From Pyrinomonadaceae bacterium (lineage in GTDB: Bacteria > Acidobacteriota > Blastocatellia > Pyrinomonadales > Pyrinomonadaceae): a DNA stretch of 64,000 nucleotides. A program made the position numbers and the translations under genes. Within the stretch, counting starts at the first letter, position 1. Every line of letters starts with the position of its first letter. Below are positions 53,920 through 61,988 of the stretch, one piece after another. Location of the stretch: the NCBI GenBank assembly GCA_036506775.1, contig DASXRE010000287.1, positions 1,088-65,087 on the forward strand, read 5' to 3'. The notes under the pieces are model-generated. The model saw nothing but the letters and a program-made list of their open reading frames with translations. It was not told the origin of the DNA and searched no databases.

Positions 53920-54362
53920 GTCAGCGCTTGCTTTACGGAGGCATTCTCAAGCGACCAGCGATTCCAAAGTTCGACTGTTTTGGCTTTGTCGAGTTTGAAG
54001 TCGTATGCATGTCGAAAAAGGTGACGAAAGCCAAGGAGATCTCCAAGCACTGAGCGCACTTGTTCCGGCAGTACGGCGGGCCGCAAAGATTTGATATCCA
54101 GAAACATCTTGTCAAGCAACTCGCGTTGCCAACGAGTGTGATCGCGCACATGATTCTCAAAGCTCAGAGAAATTTGTGTAAAGCAGTTCTCTAAGGCGTT
54201 GTAAATGTTGTGCATCGAATATCCGAGTGAGTCCAACTCGGCGAGACTCAAGTTATTGACGTCAAATTGAGAAACATGACTTTCAATGCGAGCGATCGCG
54301 CCAAGATCGTTACGAATGAAGGCAGCCAAAGTGAGAGCAGCCTTAGCGTCAATTCTCATCAT
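53877..54362 (-). CDS. HEPN-domain toxin (HepT-like)
   Basis: Rx4H motif in LLGFRHLFRHAYDF. Start set at ATG 54362/54359 (MMRIDAK...), overlapping the MNT stop by ~11-14 nt, rather than the ORF-track start at 54509. Confidence 0.7.
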   Translation of the reverse strand: MMRIDAKAALTLAAFIRNDLGAIARIESHVSQFDVNNLSLAELDSLGYSMHNIYNALENCFTQISLSFENHVRDHTRWQRELLDKMFLDIKSLRPAVLPEQVRSVLGDLLGFRHLFRHAYDFKLDKAKTVELWNRWSLENASVKQALTHFANELEQRGSEL

Positions 54363-54801
54363 CAAGAATAATTCCGTGCTCAAGAATTTGCTCACGCAGA
54401 AGTGAGTTACAGGCTTCGAGCTCGACGACATCAACTGGGCGAGGCAAGATCTGTAGTAGATGACCCACGCTTCCGAAGAATCGATCTGCCGGGAGTCCCT
54501 CAACAGCAAAATCGAAGTCTGAATGAACGGTAGGTTGACGGCCCTTAGCTAATGAGCCAAATAGCCACACCCTCCTCGCTCCTTGTTCTCTCAGAAACCT
54601 GGCAGCTAATCGTATATGCCCCTGGTCATCGCTGCTGAGGGATGCCGGCAAGGTACGCGCTGCGCTGTCGTAAGGGGAAAGCTTCATACCGGGATTATTA
54701 CACGCGCCCAAGATCCTAACAAGATATCTCAAATGGTCTAAGCGGAGAATGAAGCGGTACGCTGTTGTCTTTTCTGAAATCGCCTTGATGCGCCGTTGCA
54801 A
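54349..54801 (-). CDS. Minimal nucleotidyltransferase (MNT) antitoxin
   Basis: Pol-beta NTase motif VWLFGSLAKGRQPTVHSDFDFAVEG (GSx10-13DxD). Start ambiguous: TTG 54801 or, more likely, ATG 54687 (MKLSPYD...). Confidence 0.7.
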   Translation of the reverse strand: MQRRIKAISEKTTAYRFILRLDHLRYLVRILGACNNPGMKLSPYDSAARTLPASLSSDDQGHIRLAARFLREQGARRVWLFGSLAKGRQPTVHSDFDFAVEGLPADRFFGSVGHLLQILPRPVDVVELEACNSLLREQILEHGIILDDEN

Positions 54802-54804
54802 AAA

Positions 54805-56157
54805 TCACTTAATCCGAATCACAACTGGCAAATCAGCCTGAGTCCCATCATCGAGGTTCGCCATTAACATACGCCAGTCGCCCTTCTCGAGTGTCTCGGG
54901 CAGTCTTACGACGATTTCACCGGTCCATTCTGTTTTGAGATCTGGTTCAATGACGTCTAAATCGATCGATTCTCCGGATCGGAAAAGCGTCACCTTTATC
55001 TTCTTTGCGTCGGCTACGCGAAAGTCTCCATTGATCACCAGCACATCTCCGGCGGTTGCGCTGAAACTCTCCGGCTTTTCAGGACCGGGCGAGAGCTGCA
55101 CCCAACGACCCTTCTCAAGCCTGATTGCCTGGATCGACGGAGGCACTAGTTTTTCGGATAGTTGAAATGGACCTTCAGCCGACCAGACAGACGGGAGGCC
55201 GTTGCGCCAAGTGCGCGTTTGCAGTTGAACGTTTCCTGGAGCCAGAGCCTTGGGAACAACAACCCGAAGGTGTTTCGGATAAGTCGTGGACACTACGATA
55301 GCTCGATCAGCTTGTTTGAAAGCGATTTCGGTTAATTCGGAGCGCTTGAGTGGATCGGTGCTCCAGACGGACAACTCCAGCAATTGGCCAGGCGCGACTG
55401 GCGTCATCCAGCTGAGTGCGAGATCTAAAGGCAGCGGATCGTTTGTAACCTGAAATATGACAGGCTCGGTAAATTGGTTGTTGCCGTATTTACGATTTCC
55501 GATGCGGATCTTCAGAGGTCCTTCCGGGGCGTCGTTTGGGACTTTAAAGCTGCTGTCGCTGCTGGAGCCTCCGGATTCGAAGCTCGTAACTTTGCCGGCA
55601 GCATCAGTGAGCTCAATCAGATCGTAGATATGAAATCCGTAACAGGTTAGCAAAACATCCGTGCCGGGTGAGCCGCTCGCGGGGACAATTCGCTGGACCT
55701 CAGGCAAAATCCAGTCGACGATGGTCACAGTCGCCGGCACACTACGAAGACCATTAATTTCAACCACCACCTGACTTGGACCAAGTACTACTTCTTCGGG
55801 CACTATCACTTCGAGAGTCTGACGCCCGTTGTTTTCATCATTCGTGGCCCATGATCCACCTCCGGTTCGGGCCAGGTACGTGTTGCCATTCTGAAGGAAG
55901 AACACCCTCGTATTTATCGATGATGGTTTCAAGCGGTAGCCTCTTAACTCCAGAACGGAGTTGATGGATATCTTTTCTGGTCCGAAATCGTCGATGACCG
56001 GAGTGGCAGCTTTTGGGGAATCTTTAAGTTGCGAATGTTGGCTCTGTTGTGGGTGTTCTTCGACTTGAGCGGCGGCCATCGAATGAAGCAGTGGAGGCGA
56101 TAAAAAAATGAGGAGAGCCACTACAGGTGTGAATTTGAGCGACATGCTCCTCACCAT
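54805..56157 (-). CDS. Secreted protein with IPT/TIG-like Ig repeats
   Basis: 450 aa with a signal peptide (VVALLIFLSPPLLHSMAAA). Repeated units of the type VQRIVPASGSPGTDVLLTCYGF...GPLKIRIGN. Confidence 0.55.
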   Translation of the reverse strand: MVRSMSLKFTPVVALLIFLSPPLLHSMAAAQVEEHPQQSQHSQLKDSPKAATPVIDDFGPEKISINSVLELRGYRLKPSSINTRVFFLQNGNTYLARTGGGSWATNDENNGRQTLEVIVPEEVVLGPSQVVVEINGLRSVPATVTIVDWILPEVQRIVPASGSPGTDVLLTCYGFHIYDLIELTDAAGKVTSFESGGSSSDSSFKVPNDAPEGPLKIRIGNRKYGNNQFTEPVIFQVTNDPLPLDLALSWMTPVAPGQLLELSVWSTDPLKRSELTEIAFKQADRAIVVSTTYPKHLRVVVPKALAPGNVQLQTRTWRNGLPSVWSAEGPFQLSEKLVPPSIQAIRLEKGRWVQLSPGPEKPESFSATAGDVLVINGDFRVADAKKIKVTLFRSGESIDLDVIEPDLKTEWTGEIVVRLPETLEKGDWRMLMANLDDGTQADLPVVIRIK

Positions 56158-56359
56158 ACTCCGGCGGTTCCGAGTTTTCTAGAAGTTGCTCGTAAACAAG
56201 TTGAGTTGCTGGCAGATCCCCTCAAGCTCTGCAGAGAAAACTACATTGGATCAGGTGAAGAAATCTCGTAATATCATTCGAGGTAACAATGGATTGTCGA
56301 GTAAGTTCACATTCACGCGAAACAACAAAAGAAATCGAAAGTCAAATGCGGTCCAAATC

Positions 56360-56904
56360 TTGAACCTATCAAATCTTCGACTCTTAATACTCTTCCTGCT
56401 GTTGTTCAGCTTGCCTGGCTGTCGTTCAAGTGCAAAGCAACGGTCTAAGACTCTGTTCAGCGAGGCCAATAAAATCAGTGACCAACAAATAAAAGTCCTG
56501 AACGAGTGGGCTCGGGAGTTTAGTCAGATATTCACAGAGCAGAACCGAGCACAGTTCCCTTCTAACCGAGATTGGTTGAACAGTCGTGCACAAAAATAAT
56601 ACTGCTCATCGACGAAAGCTCGCAACTAGGCAGCGAGGCGGTAGAGAAATATGAAGAGGCAAGTCGTCTGATGAGTAAGGATCAAGAAAGAAGGGGATTG
56701 GCCATCATTGCTGCATCATTCAGAAAAAGTGTAGAAATCGAGCAGTTGTTCAAAGCGCAAGCCCAACTTGCTTCAGATGAAACGATTAATGACCAAAAGA
56801 CATTCACCGAAAAGTTTGCTTACCTCACGACGCTTATTCAACAGAAGCAAAAAGAAAAGGACGATCAGTTCGCCGAAGGAAAACGATTGTTCCTAATGAA
56901 GTAG
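56360..56904 (+). pseudogene. Lipoprotein gene interrupted by a frameshift in an A5 run (or sequencing error)
   Basis: TTG 56360 gives MNLSNLRLLILFLLLFSLPGC (lipobox LPGC). The frame stops at 56597-56599. The +1 frame continues ...KIILLIDESSQLGSEAVEKYEEA to 56904. One extra A in 56592-56596 would fuse the two frames. Confidence 0.5.
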
Positions 56905-57003
56905 AGTGAACCGAAGTTGTGAGTTGGCAGCTTCTTTTCTGCCACAGAGGAGGATAATGCGTTCACGAAGTTCTCTGGCATTCACGAAAACGCGAACAAG
57001 AAG

Positions 57004-57528
57004 ATGATCGCAATCAACAATAAAAATCTCGACATCTTGGCGGCCATTGGAATCGGACTCGGCGCGGTGTTTGGCCTGGCCGGTACCGTGGTCTCGCAAG
57101 ACTCTCTCAGGCAAATCTTCTGGGCCATCGATGGTGTTGGACTGATTGTCGCTTGCGCCTTGTTGACGGTGAAGCTCGCGCGATCAGGCAATGAGTTTGT
57201 GTCGGCTGGTTTTCTTGTTTTTGCAATTGGCGAGAGCCACCTCGTTTCCGGCATCGCGGCAGGCCTCGCGGGAAGCGTTCCCTCATTCGCGGGCGGCGTT
57301 GCGCTCTGGGCGGCGGGACTCTTGCTGATCAGCGTCCCGCGGTTATTCCACATCTGGGTACGTATCGTGGGAGTACTGGCGGCAGTCCTTTTCAGTTTAG
57401 TGGCGGCGAGAATATTCCTGGGTGAACAGTTGTTACCCACGTCTTCACCACTTCCCTTTTTCGCTTATCCGTTTTTGGTCCTGACGTTCGTTGGTTGGAT
57501 CTGGACGCTGCTAAAGCACAGGCTGTGA
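57004..57528 (+). CDS. Hypothetical integral membrane protein
   Basis: 174 aa with ~5 TM segments. No motif recognised. Confidence 0.5.
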   Translation: MIAINNKNLDILAAIGIGLGAVFGLAGTVVSQDSLRQIFWAIDGVGLIVACALLTVKLARSGNEFVSAGFLVFAIGESHLVSGIAAGLAGSVPSFAGGVALWAAGLLLISVPRLFHIWVRIVGVLAAVLFSLVAARIFLGEQLLPTSSPLPFFAYPFLVLTFVGWIWTLLKHRL

Positions 57529-57558
57529 CTTGATTAAAAGGAGCGTTCCGCTTAGACC

Positions 57559-58086
57559 ATGCCCAAGCAACGGCGGATCATAATCGTCGCCGGACCTAAC
57601 GGCGCCGGCAAGACAACTTTTGCTCGCGAGTATTTGCTGAAAGAAGCGCACTGCCCCGACTTTGTTAACGTAGATCTCATCGCCGCCGGATTATCGCCTT
57701 TCGATCCGGATCGCGCGGCGATTAGAGCCGGCCGGATTATGCTCTCTGAAATTCAGCGCCGCGTTCGCACGGGTGAAAGCTTTGCATTTGAAACTACCTT
57801 GAGCGGGCACGTTTATGCGCGGCTGATTCCAGGTTGGCGAAGCGTCGATTACCGCGTGAGACTCATATTTCTGAGCTTGCCAAATTCTGAGATTGCGATC
57901 GCGCGTGTCGCCGCGCGAGTCGCCCAGGGTGGTCATCATGTAACAAGCGCTGTCGTTCGTCGCCGCTTTGATTCTGGTCTGCGCAACTTTCAAAACATTT
58001 ATAAGGACCTGGTTGATAAGTCGGAGTGGTACGATAATTCAGGCAATACACCGCAGCTGATTTCAGAGGCAGGCAATTGGAGGTAG
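57559..58086 (+). CDS. Zeta-toxin-like P-loop kinase (COG4185-type)
   Basis: Walker A IIIVAGPNGAGKTTFAREYL, followed by FVNVDLIA and ETTLSG motifs typical of zeta/AAA_33-like kinases. Confidence 0.7.
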   Translation: MPKQRRIIIVAGPNGAGKTTFAREYLLKEAHCPDFVNVDLIAAGLSPFDPDRAAIRAGRIMLSEIQRRVRTGESFAFETTLSGHVYARLIPGWRSVDYRVRLIFLSLPNSEIAIARVAARVAQGGHHVTSAVVRRRFDSGLRNFQNIYKDLVDKSEWYDNSGNTPQLISEAGNWR

Positions 58087-58090
58087 TTCA

Positions 58091-58303
58091 ATGAGCCGTC
58101 GAGTCAATTCACCTTCACCCGAAGCACAAGATACGCTGCGCGCCTTACGTCGCGCCGGACGTAAAGCCCTGGAACTCGGACTCAAAACTGGAACTCCAGT
58201 CTATGTGATCAGAAACAACAAGATCGTGGACCTCACAAAGGACCAACCAGCTACCAAAAAGTCGCGGTCAAGACGGACCTCAGCAAAAACTTCATCGAGA
58301 TAA
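58091..58303 (+). CDS. Small basic protein, possible cognate partner of the zeta-like kinase
   Basis: 70 aa, starting 5 nt after the kinase stop. Lys/Arg/Ser-rich tail. No motif recognised. Confidence 0.45.
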   Translation: MSRRVNSPSPEAQDTLRALRRAGRKALELGLKTGTPVYVIRNNKIVDLTKDQPATKKSRSRRTSAKTSSR

Positions 58304-58357
58304 TACGGACAAGAATCCGTCTTCATCTGCGTTCATCCGTGGCCGTTCTTCTGAACG

Positions 58358-58819
58358 TTACATCTGATCCGGAATCTCAGCTTCGACGAGTTTCGCCAAC
58401 AGCGTTAGCGACTCCTGCCAACCGAGATAGCAAGCCTCGGCAGGAATAACGGCCGGCACGCCCTCTTGCACGATGTTCAATTCAGTTCCGACAGATACTT
58501 TCTTCAACGTGATCGTTGTTTGTATTTCTCCGGGCAGATTAGGGTCGTCGAATCTGTCCGTGTAGCGGATGCGTTCGTTTGGCGTCAGCTCAACATACTC
58601 TCCCCCGAATGAGTGACTGCTGCCGGTGGTGAAATTAGTGAACGACATCTTGTAAGTACCTCCGACTTTCGCCTCGAGGTGATGAACCTGGCCCGTAAAA
58701 CCATTTGGCGGAAGCCACTTGGCCATCGCACTTGCATCAAGGAATGCTCGGTAAACTCTCTCCGCCGGTGCGCGGAGCACTCGGTGTAGTTTGATCGTGT
58801 TTGTGTTACCTGTTGTCAT
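58358..58819 (-). CDS. SRPBCC-superfamily protein (AHSA1-like)
   Basis: 153 aa. RVLRAPAERVYRAFLDASAMAKWLPP ... GGTYKMSF pattern. Confidence 0.75.
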   Translation of the reverse strand: MTTGNTNTIKLHRVLRAPAERVYRAFLDASAMAKWLPPNGFTGQVHHLEAKVGGTYKMSFTNFTTGSSHSFGGEYVELTPNERIRYTDRFDDPNLPGEIQTTITLKKVSVGTELNIVQEGVPAVIPAEACYLGWQESLTLLAKLVEAEIPDQM

Positions 58820-58939
58820 GATTTTTCCTCGTATGATTACTTAAGTTCGCCTCCTTCAACAGTAAGTCGAATGGCGACTGGCGAAATCGACACTTGCAAA
58901 TTGTTTTGGGGGAATAACCGCAAAGAGGCACAAAAAATC

Positions 58940-59470
58940 TCAACGGGTGGGTTTATTGTCCGCAGGTCCACCGGCCGGCAGATCGGAGCTGAACATATCC
59001 GCCATGCACTTCCAGCTACCATCCGCCTGCTTCCGCCAAACCTCCACATACTTGCCTTTATCCATTATTGGTTTGCCGCTATCATCCTGCTCATTCAATT
59101 GATAGGTTCCGCTGACGTAGGCCAGATCTCCCGATCGCGCAACTTCTACCTTTGTTGCCTTCCAGCCACCAGAAAACGCCGGAGAATCAAGCATGCTTTT
59201 CCAAAGCGTTCGGATGGGTTCTTTACCTGTCAATGTCGGGATATTCGGCAGCATCAAAACCGCATCATCCGAATAGTAGGAGATCGTCTTTTCAACATCC
59301 CTGGATGCTGCAGCCTTGGACCATTCATCGTCCAATTTCTTTAAGGCAGTCTCTTCGGCGGCACGCGTGTCAGACGTCGCTTGCGTCTGACAGGCAGTTG
59401 CGAGCGAAAGCAGAAACAGCAAAAAGACGAGTGTGATTACACGAAGATCAAAAAGGAGATGACTCGACAT
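58940..59470 (-). CDS. DUF4440/SnoaL-like (NTF2-fold) protein, probable lipoprotein
   Basis: Signal peptide ending LSLATAC. LDDEWSKAAASRDVEKTISYYSDDAVLMLPN ... KYVEVWRKQADGSWK, typical of DUF4440. Confidence 0.7.
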   Translation of the reverse strand: MSSHLLFDLRVITLVFLLFLLSLATACQTQATSDTRAAEETALKKLDDEWSKAAASRDVEKTISYYSDDAVLMLPNIPTLTGKEPIRTLWKSMLDSPAFSGGWKATKVEVARSGDLAYVSGTYQLNEQDDSGKPIMDKGKYVEVWRKQADGSWKCMADMFSSDLPAGGPADNKPTR

Positions 59471-59543
59471 TTTCTGAGCAACCTTATCGCGTGAGCTGGA
59501 CAGAGCGCGGTTAACCTATTCTCCACTGACTACCCTGTCAAGG

Positions 59544-59840
59544 TTAACCGCCCGCGATTGCTCCGATGATGTAGAACGGCTCTGCGCCGGAGGCGATTGC
59601 CTGTGGCAGCGGAGCGTCCGCGGGTTCGTGGGTCACGTCCTCGCCACAGGCAAAGAATCGCAATAACGGGCGGCGCTCTCCGGCGACGTGGTCGCGAATG
59701 GTCCCACGCAGCATTGGATACCGAGCCTCAATCGCATCGAGGATCGAGTGACGTGTCACTTCACCGTCAATCACAAGTTGCACAACTCCACTGACGCCCG
59801 CGAGCGCACGCAAATGTGCCGGCAGCACAACCACAATCAT
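59544..59840 (-). CDS. MoaD/ThiS-family ubiquitin-like protein ending in Gly-Gly
   Basis: Start at ATG 59840 ([15 protein letters not shown]...) in an ATGA overlap with the upstream BNR gene stop. The C-terminus is ...IIGAIAGG. Confidence 0.65.
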   Translation of the reverse strand: MIVVVLPAHLRALAGVSGVVQLVIDGEVTRHSILDAIEARYPMLRGTIRDHVAGERRPLLRFFACGEDVTHEPADAPLPQAIASGAEPFYIIGAIAGG

Positions 59841-61024
59841 GTCAGTGTCTGGACCTCCACTGATAACACTGCCGGAAGGTCTCTGACTATCGGCGCCCAC
59901 GTGTCTCCACCGTCAGGCGATGCGTACACCTGCCCGCCGGTCGTGCCGAAATACACGCCACACGAATCAAGCGAGTCAACGGCCATCGCGTCGCGCAACA
60001 CGTTTACGTAACAGTCACTTTGCGGCAAACCTTTGGTCAGCGCCTCCCATTCGTTACCACCGGTGCGACTACGATAGACGCGCAGTTTGCCGTCCGGCGG
60101 ATAGTGTTCACCGTCGCTCTTGATGGGCACGACGTAGATCGTCTCCGGTTCATGCGCGTGAACGTCGATCACGAACCCAAAGTCAGTCGGCAAATTTCCA
60201 CTGACCTCGCGCCACGAATCGCCGGCGTCGTCGCTGCGCAGCACGTCCCAGTGCTTCTGCATGAACAGCACGTTTGCATTCGCAGGATGCTTCGCAATGT
60301 GATGAACACAGTGGCCCACCTCCGCGGTCGGATCCGGAATGTATTGCGAGTGCAGTCCTTTATTGATCGGCTTCCACGTCGCGCCGGCATCATCACTGCG
60401 AAACGCACCTGCGGCGGAGATTGCCACAAAGATTCGGTCGCGATTAGCGGCGTCAAGGATAACTGTGTGGAGGCACATGCCACCGGCGCCGGGTTGCCAC
60501 TGAGATCCCGTGCCGTGCCCGCGTAAACCAGAAAGTTCCTGCCAACTCTGACCGCCGTCGGCCGAACGGAACAAGGCGGCATCTTCAACGCCCGCGTAGA
60601 CCGTTTCCGGATCGTCGAGCGAGGGTTCAAGGTGCCAGACTCGTTTGAACTCCCACGGATGTGGAGTGCCGTCATAGAACTGATGCGTCGTGAGCGGTTT
60701 GCCGGTTTCAGACGAAGTGTCGTAAACGAACTTGTTGCTCTCGCCTTTTGGCATTCCGTCGGGCGTGGTGGTCGGTTCGCCGGACGGCGTTCCGGGTTGG
60801 AACCAGGTCTTGCCGCCGTCGTCGGAGCGTTGAACGATCTGTCCAAACCAGCCGCTGGTTTGCGACGCGTAAATGCGGTTCGGATCCACGGCCGAACCTT
60901 TCACGTGATAGATCTCCCAGCCGGGGAAGTGGGGGCCGCTAACGTCCCATTTTTCACGTTTTCCATCTGAAGTCAGAATGAATGCACCCTTCCGGGTGCC
61001 AACGAGTACTCGTACATTGCTCAT
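59837..61024 (-). CDS. BNR/Asp-box repeat beta-propeller protein (sialidase/Ycf48-like fold)
   Basis: Six Asp-box-like motifs: [48 protein letters not shown]. No signal peptide. Confidence 0.75.
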   Translation of the reverse strand: MSNVRVLVGTRKGAFILTSDGKREKWDVSGPHFPGWEIYHVKGSAVDPNRIYASQTSGWFGQIVQRSDDGGKTWFQPGTPSGEPTTTPDGMPKGESNKFVYDTSSETGKPLTTHQFYDGTPHPWEFKRVWHLEPSLDDPETVYAGVEDAALFRSADGGQSWQELSGLRGHGTGSQWQPGAGGMCLHTVILDAANRDRIFVAISAAGAFRSDDAGATWKPINKGLHSQYIPDPTAEVGHCVHHIAKHPANANVLFMQKHWDVLRSDDAGDSWREVSGNLPTDFGFVIDVHAHEPETIYVVPIKSDGEHYPPDGKLRVYRSRTGGNEWEALTKGLPQSDCYVNVLRDAMAVDSLDSCGVYFGTTGGQVYASPDGGDTWAPIVRDLPAVLSVEVQTLT

Positions 61025-61226
61025 CTTTTCGTTCCTTCTTTAGTGACTTGCTAGCAGATTTCGACTCCTCATTAATAATAAGTCGAACCGCAACTGGCGA
61101 AATCGACAATTTTGCAGAAAAAAATTTCAGTTTTGCGCCAGGGTGAAGCCTAACCCAAACACTGAGCCAATAACCAGGAAGGTAACGATGAATCCCAGCG
61201 CTTCGCGGCGTTTAGAGGGTCAGTTT

Positions 61227-61300
61227 GCCTCCTTGGAGTGCGGGGACTTGTCACCGCTTTGGCCAAAGCGCCGACAAGGCGGCGCACTCCAAGGAGGCGC
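61227..61300. repeat. Palindromic intergenic repeat, family A (inverted orientation)
   Basis: GCCTCCTTGGAGTGCGGGGACTTGTCACCGCTTTGGCCAAAGCGCCGACAAGGCGGCGCACTCCAAGGAGGCGC. Confidence 0.9.
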
Positions 61301-61391
61301 CCAATTGAAACTGATCCTACCAGACGCGCCCAACGCATTTATTAACAACCGACAAGGGTGATACTCTTCCAACTGTTTAGCCACGGATGAC

Positions 61392-61988
61392 ATGGTTGAC
61401 CGGGACGAAAATCTTTCTACAACCGTTCCTTCCCTTGCTCGATCGATTACCATCGGCGCGATTGGTTTCGCCGCCGTAAGTCTCTGCGTGTTTGCCACCG
61501 TCGCTTTCGCCGAAAGATGGATGTATGGAACGCTCGGTATAACTGGCGCATACCTCACGTGGACTGTGCTGTTCATATTGCTGAGCGGTGCGGTGTTTGG
61601 CTCGCTCGTTGTCGTTCGCTGGCGCTTGCCTCGATTTTATCTGCTGTTTGGTCTCGCATTCTTCGCGTATGCCGTGGCCTGGATGCTCGCTTATTTCAAC
61701 CTGGGTCGAACCACAGGCGAATTGGTTGGCTCGCTTGCGGGATCGGTCTTGATGGCGATCGTGTTTGCTGCGGGATTTGGGGCGCTAAGATCTGCAGTAA
61801 AAATTTCCGCAGTGCTCTTCGTAGCAAACTTTCTCGGCTACTTCCTGGGATCTACGCTGTTCTTTTACTTGACCGCTCCGCGAGGGATGCTCTTGTTCGG
61901 AGTCGTATACGGTCTGTTTTTCGGAGCCGGAATCGGAGCGGCCCTTCACTTCGTCCAAAGACAACAATCTAGCGAACGAGCGGCCTGA
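61392..61988 (+). CDS. Hypothetical integral membrane protein
   Basis: 198 aa with ~6 TM segments. No motif recognised. 20-nt convergent overlap with the M61 gene. Confidence 0.5.
   Translation: MVDRDENLSTTVPSLARSITIGAIGFAAVSLCVFATVAFAERWMYGTLGITGAYLTWTVLFILLSGAVFGSLVVVRWRLPRFYLLFGLAFFAYAVAWMLAYFNLGRTTGELVGSLAGSVLMAIVFAAGFGALRSAVKISAVLFVANFLGYFLGSTLFFYLTAPRGMLLFGVVYGLFFGAGIGAALHFVQRQQSSERAA

Noticed and set aside
56572-56904. Second half of the lipoprotein as an independent gene starting at TTG 56572
   Set aside because: There is no SD. The start lies inside the preceding ORF, and the two frames join seamlessly at an A5 run.
47784-58357. Calling the AT-richer block a mobile element or prophage remnant
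   Set aside because: No integrase, transposase, tRNA target, phage structural gene or flanking direct repeat could be seen. It is reported only as a compositional island.
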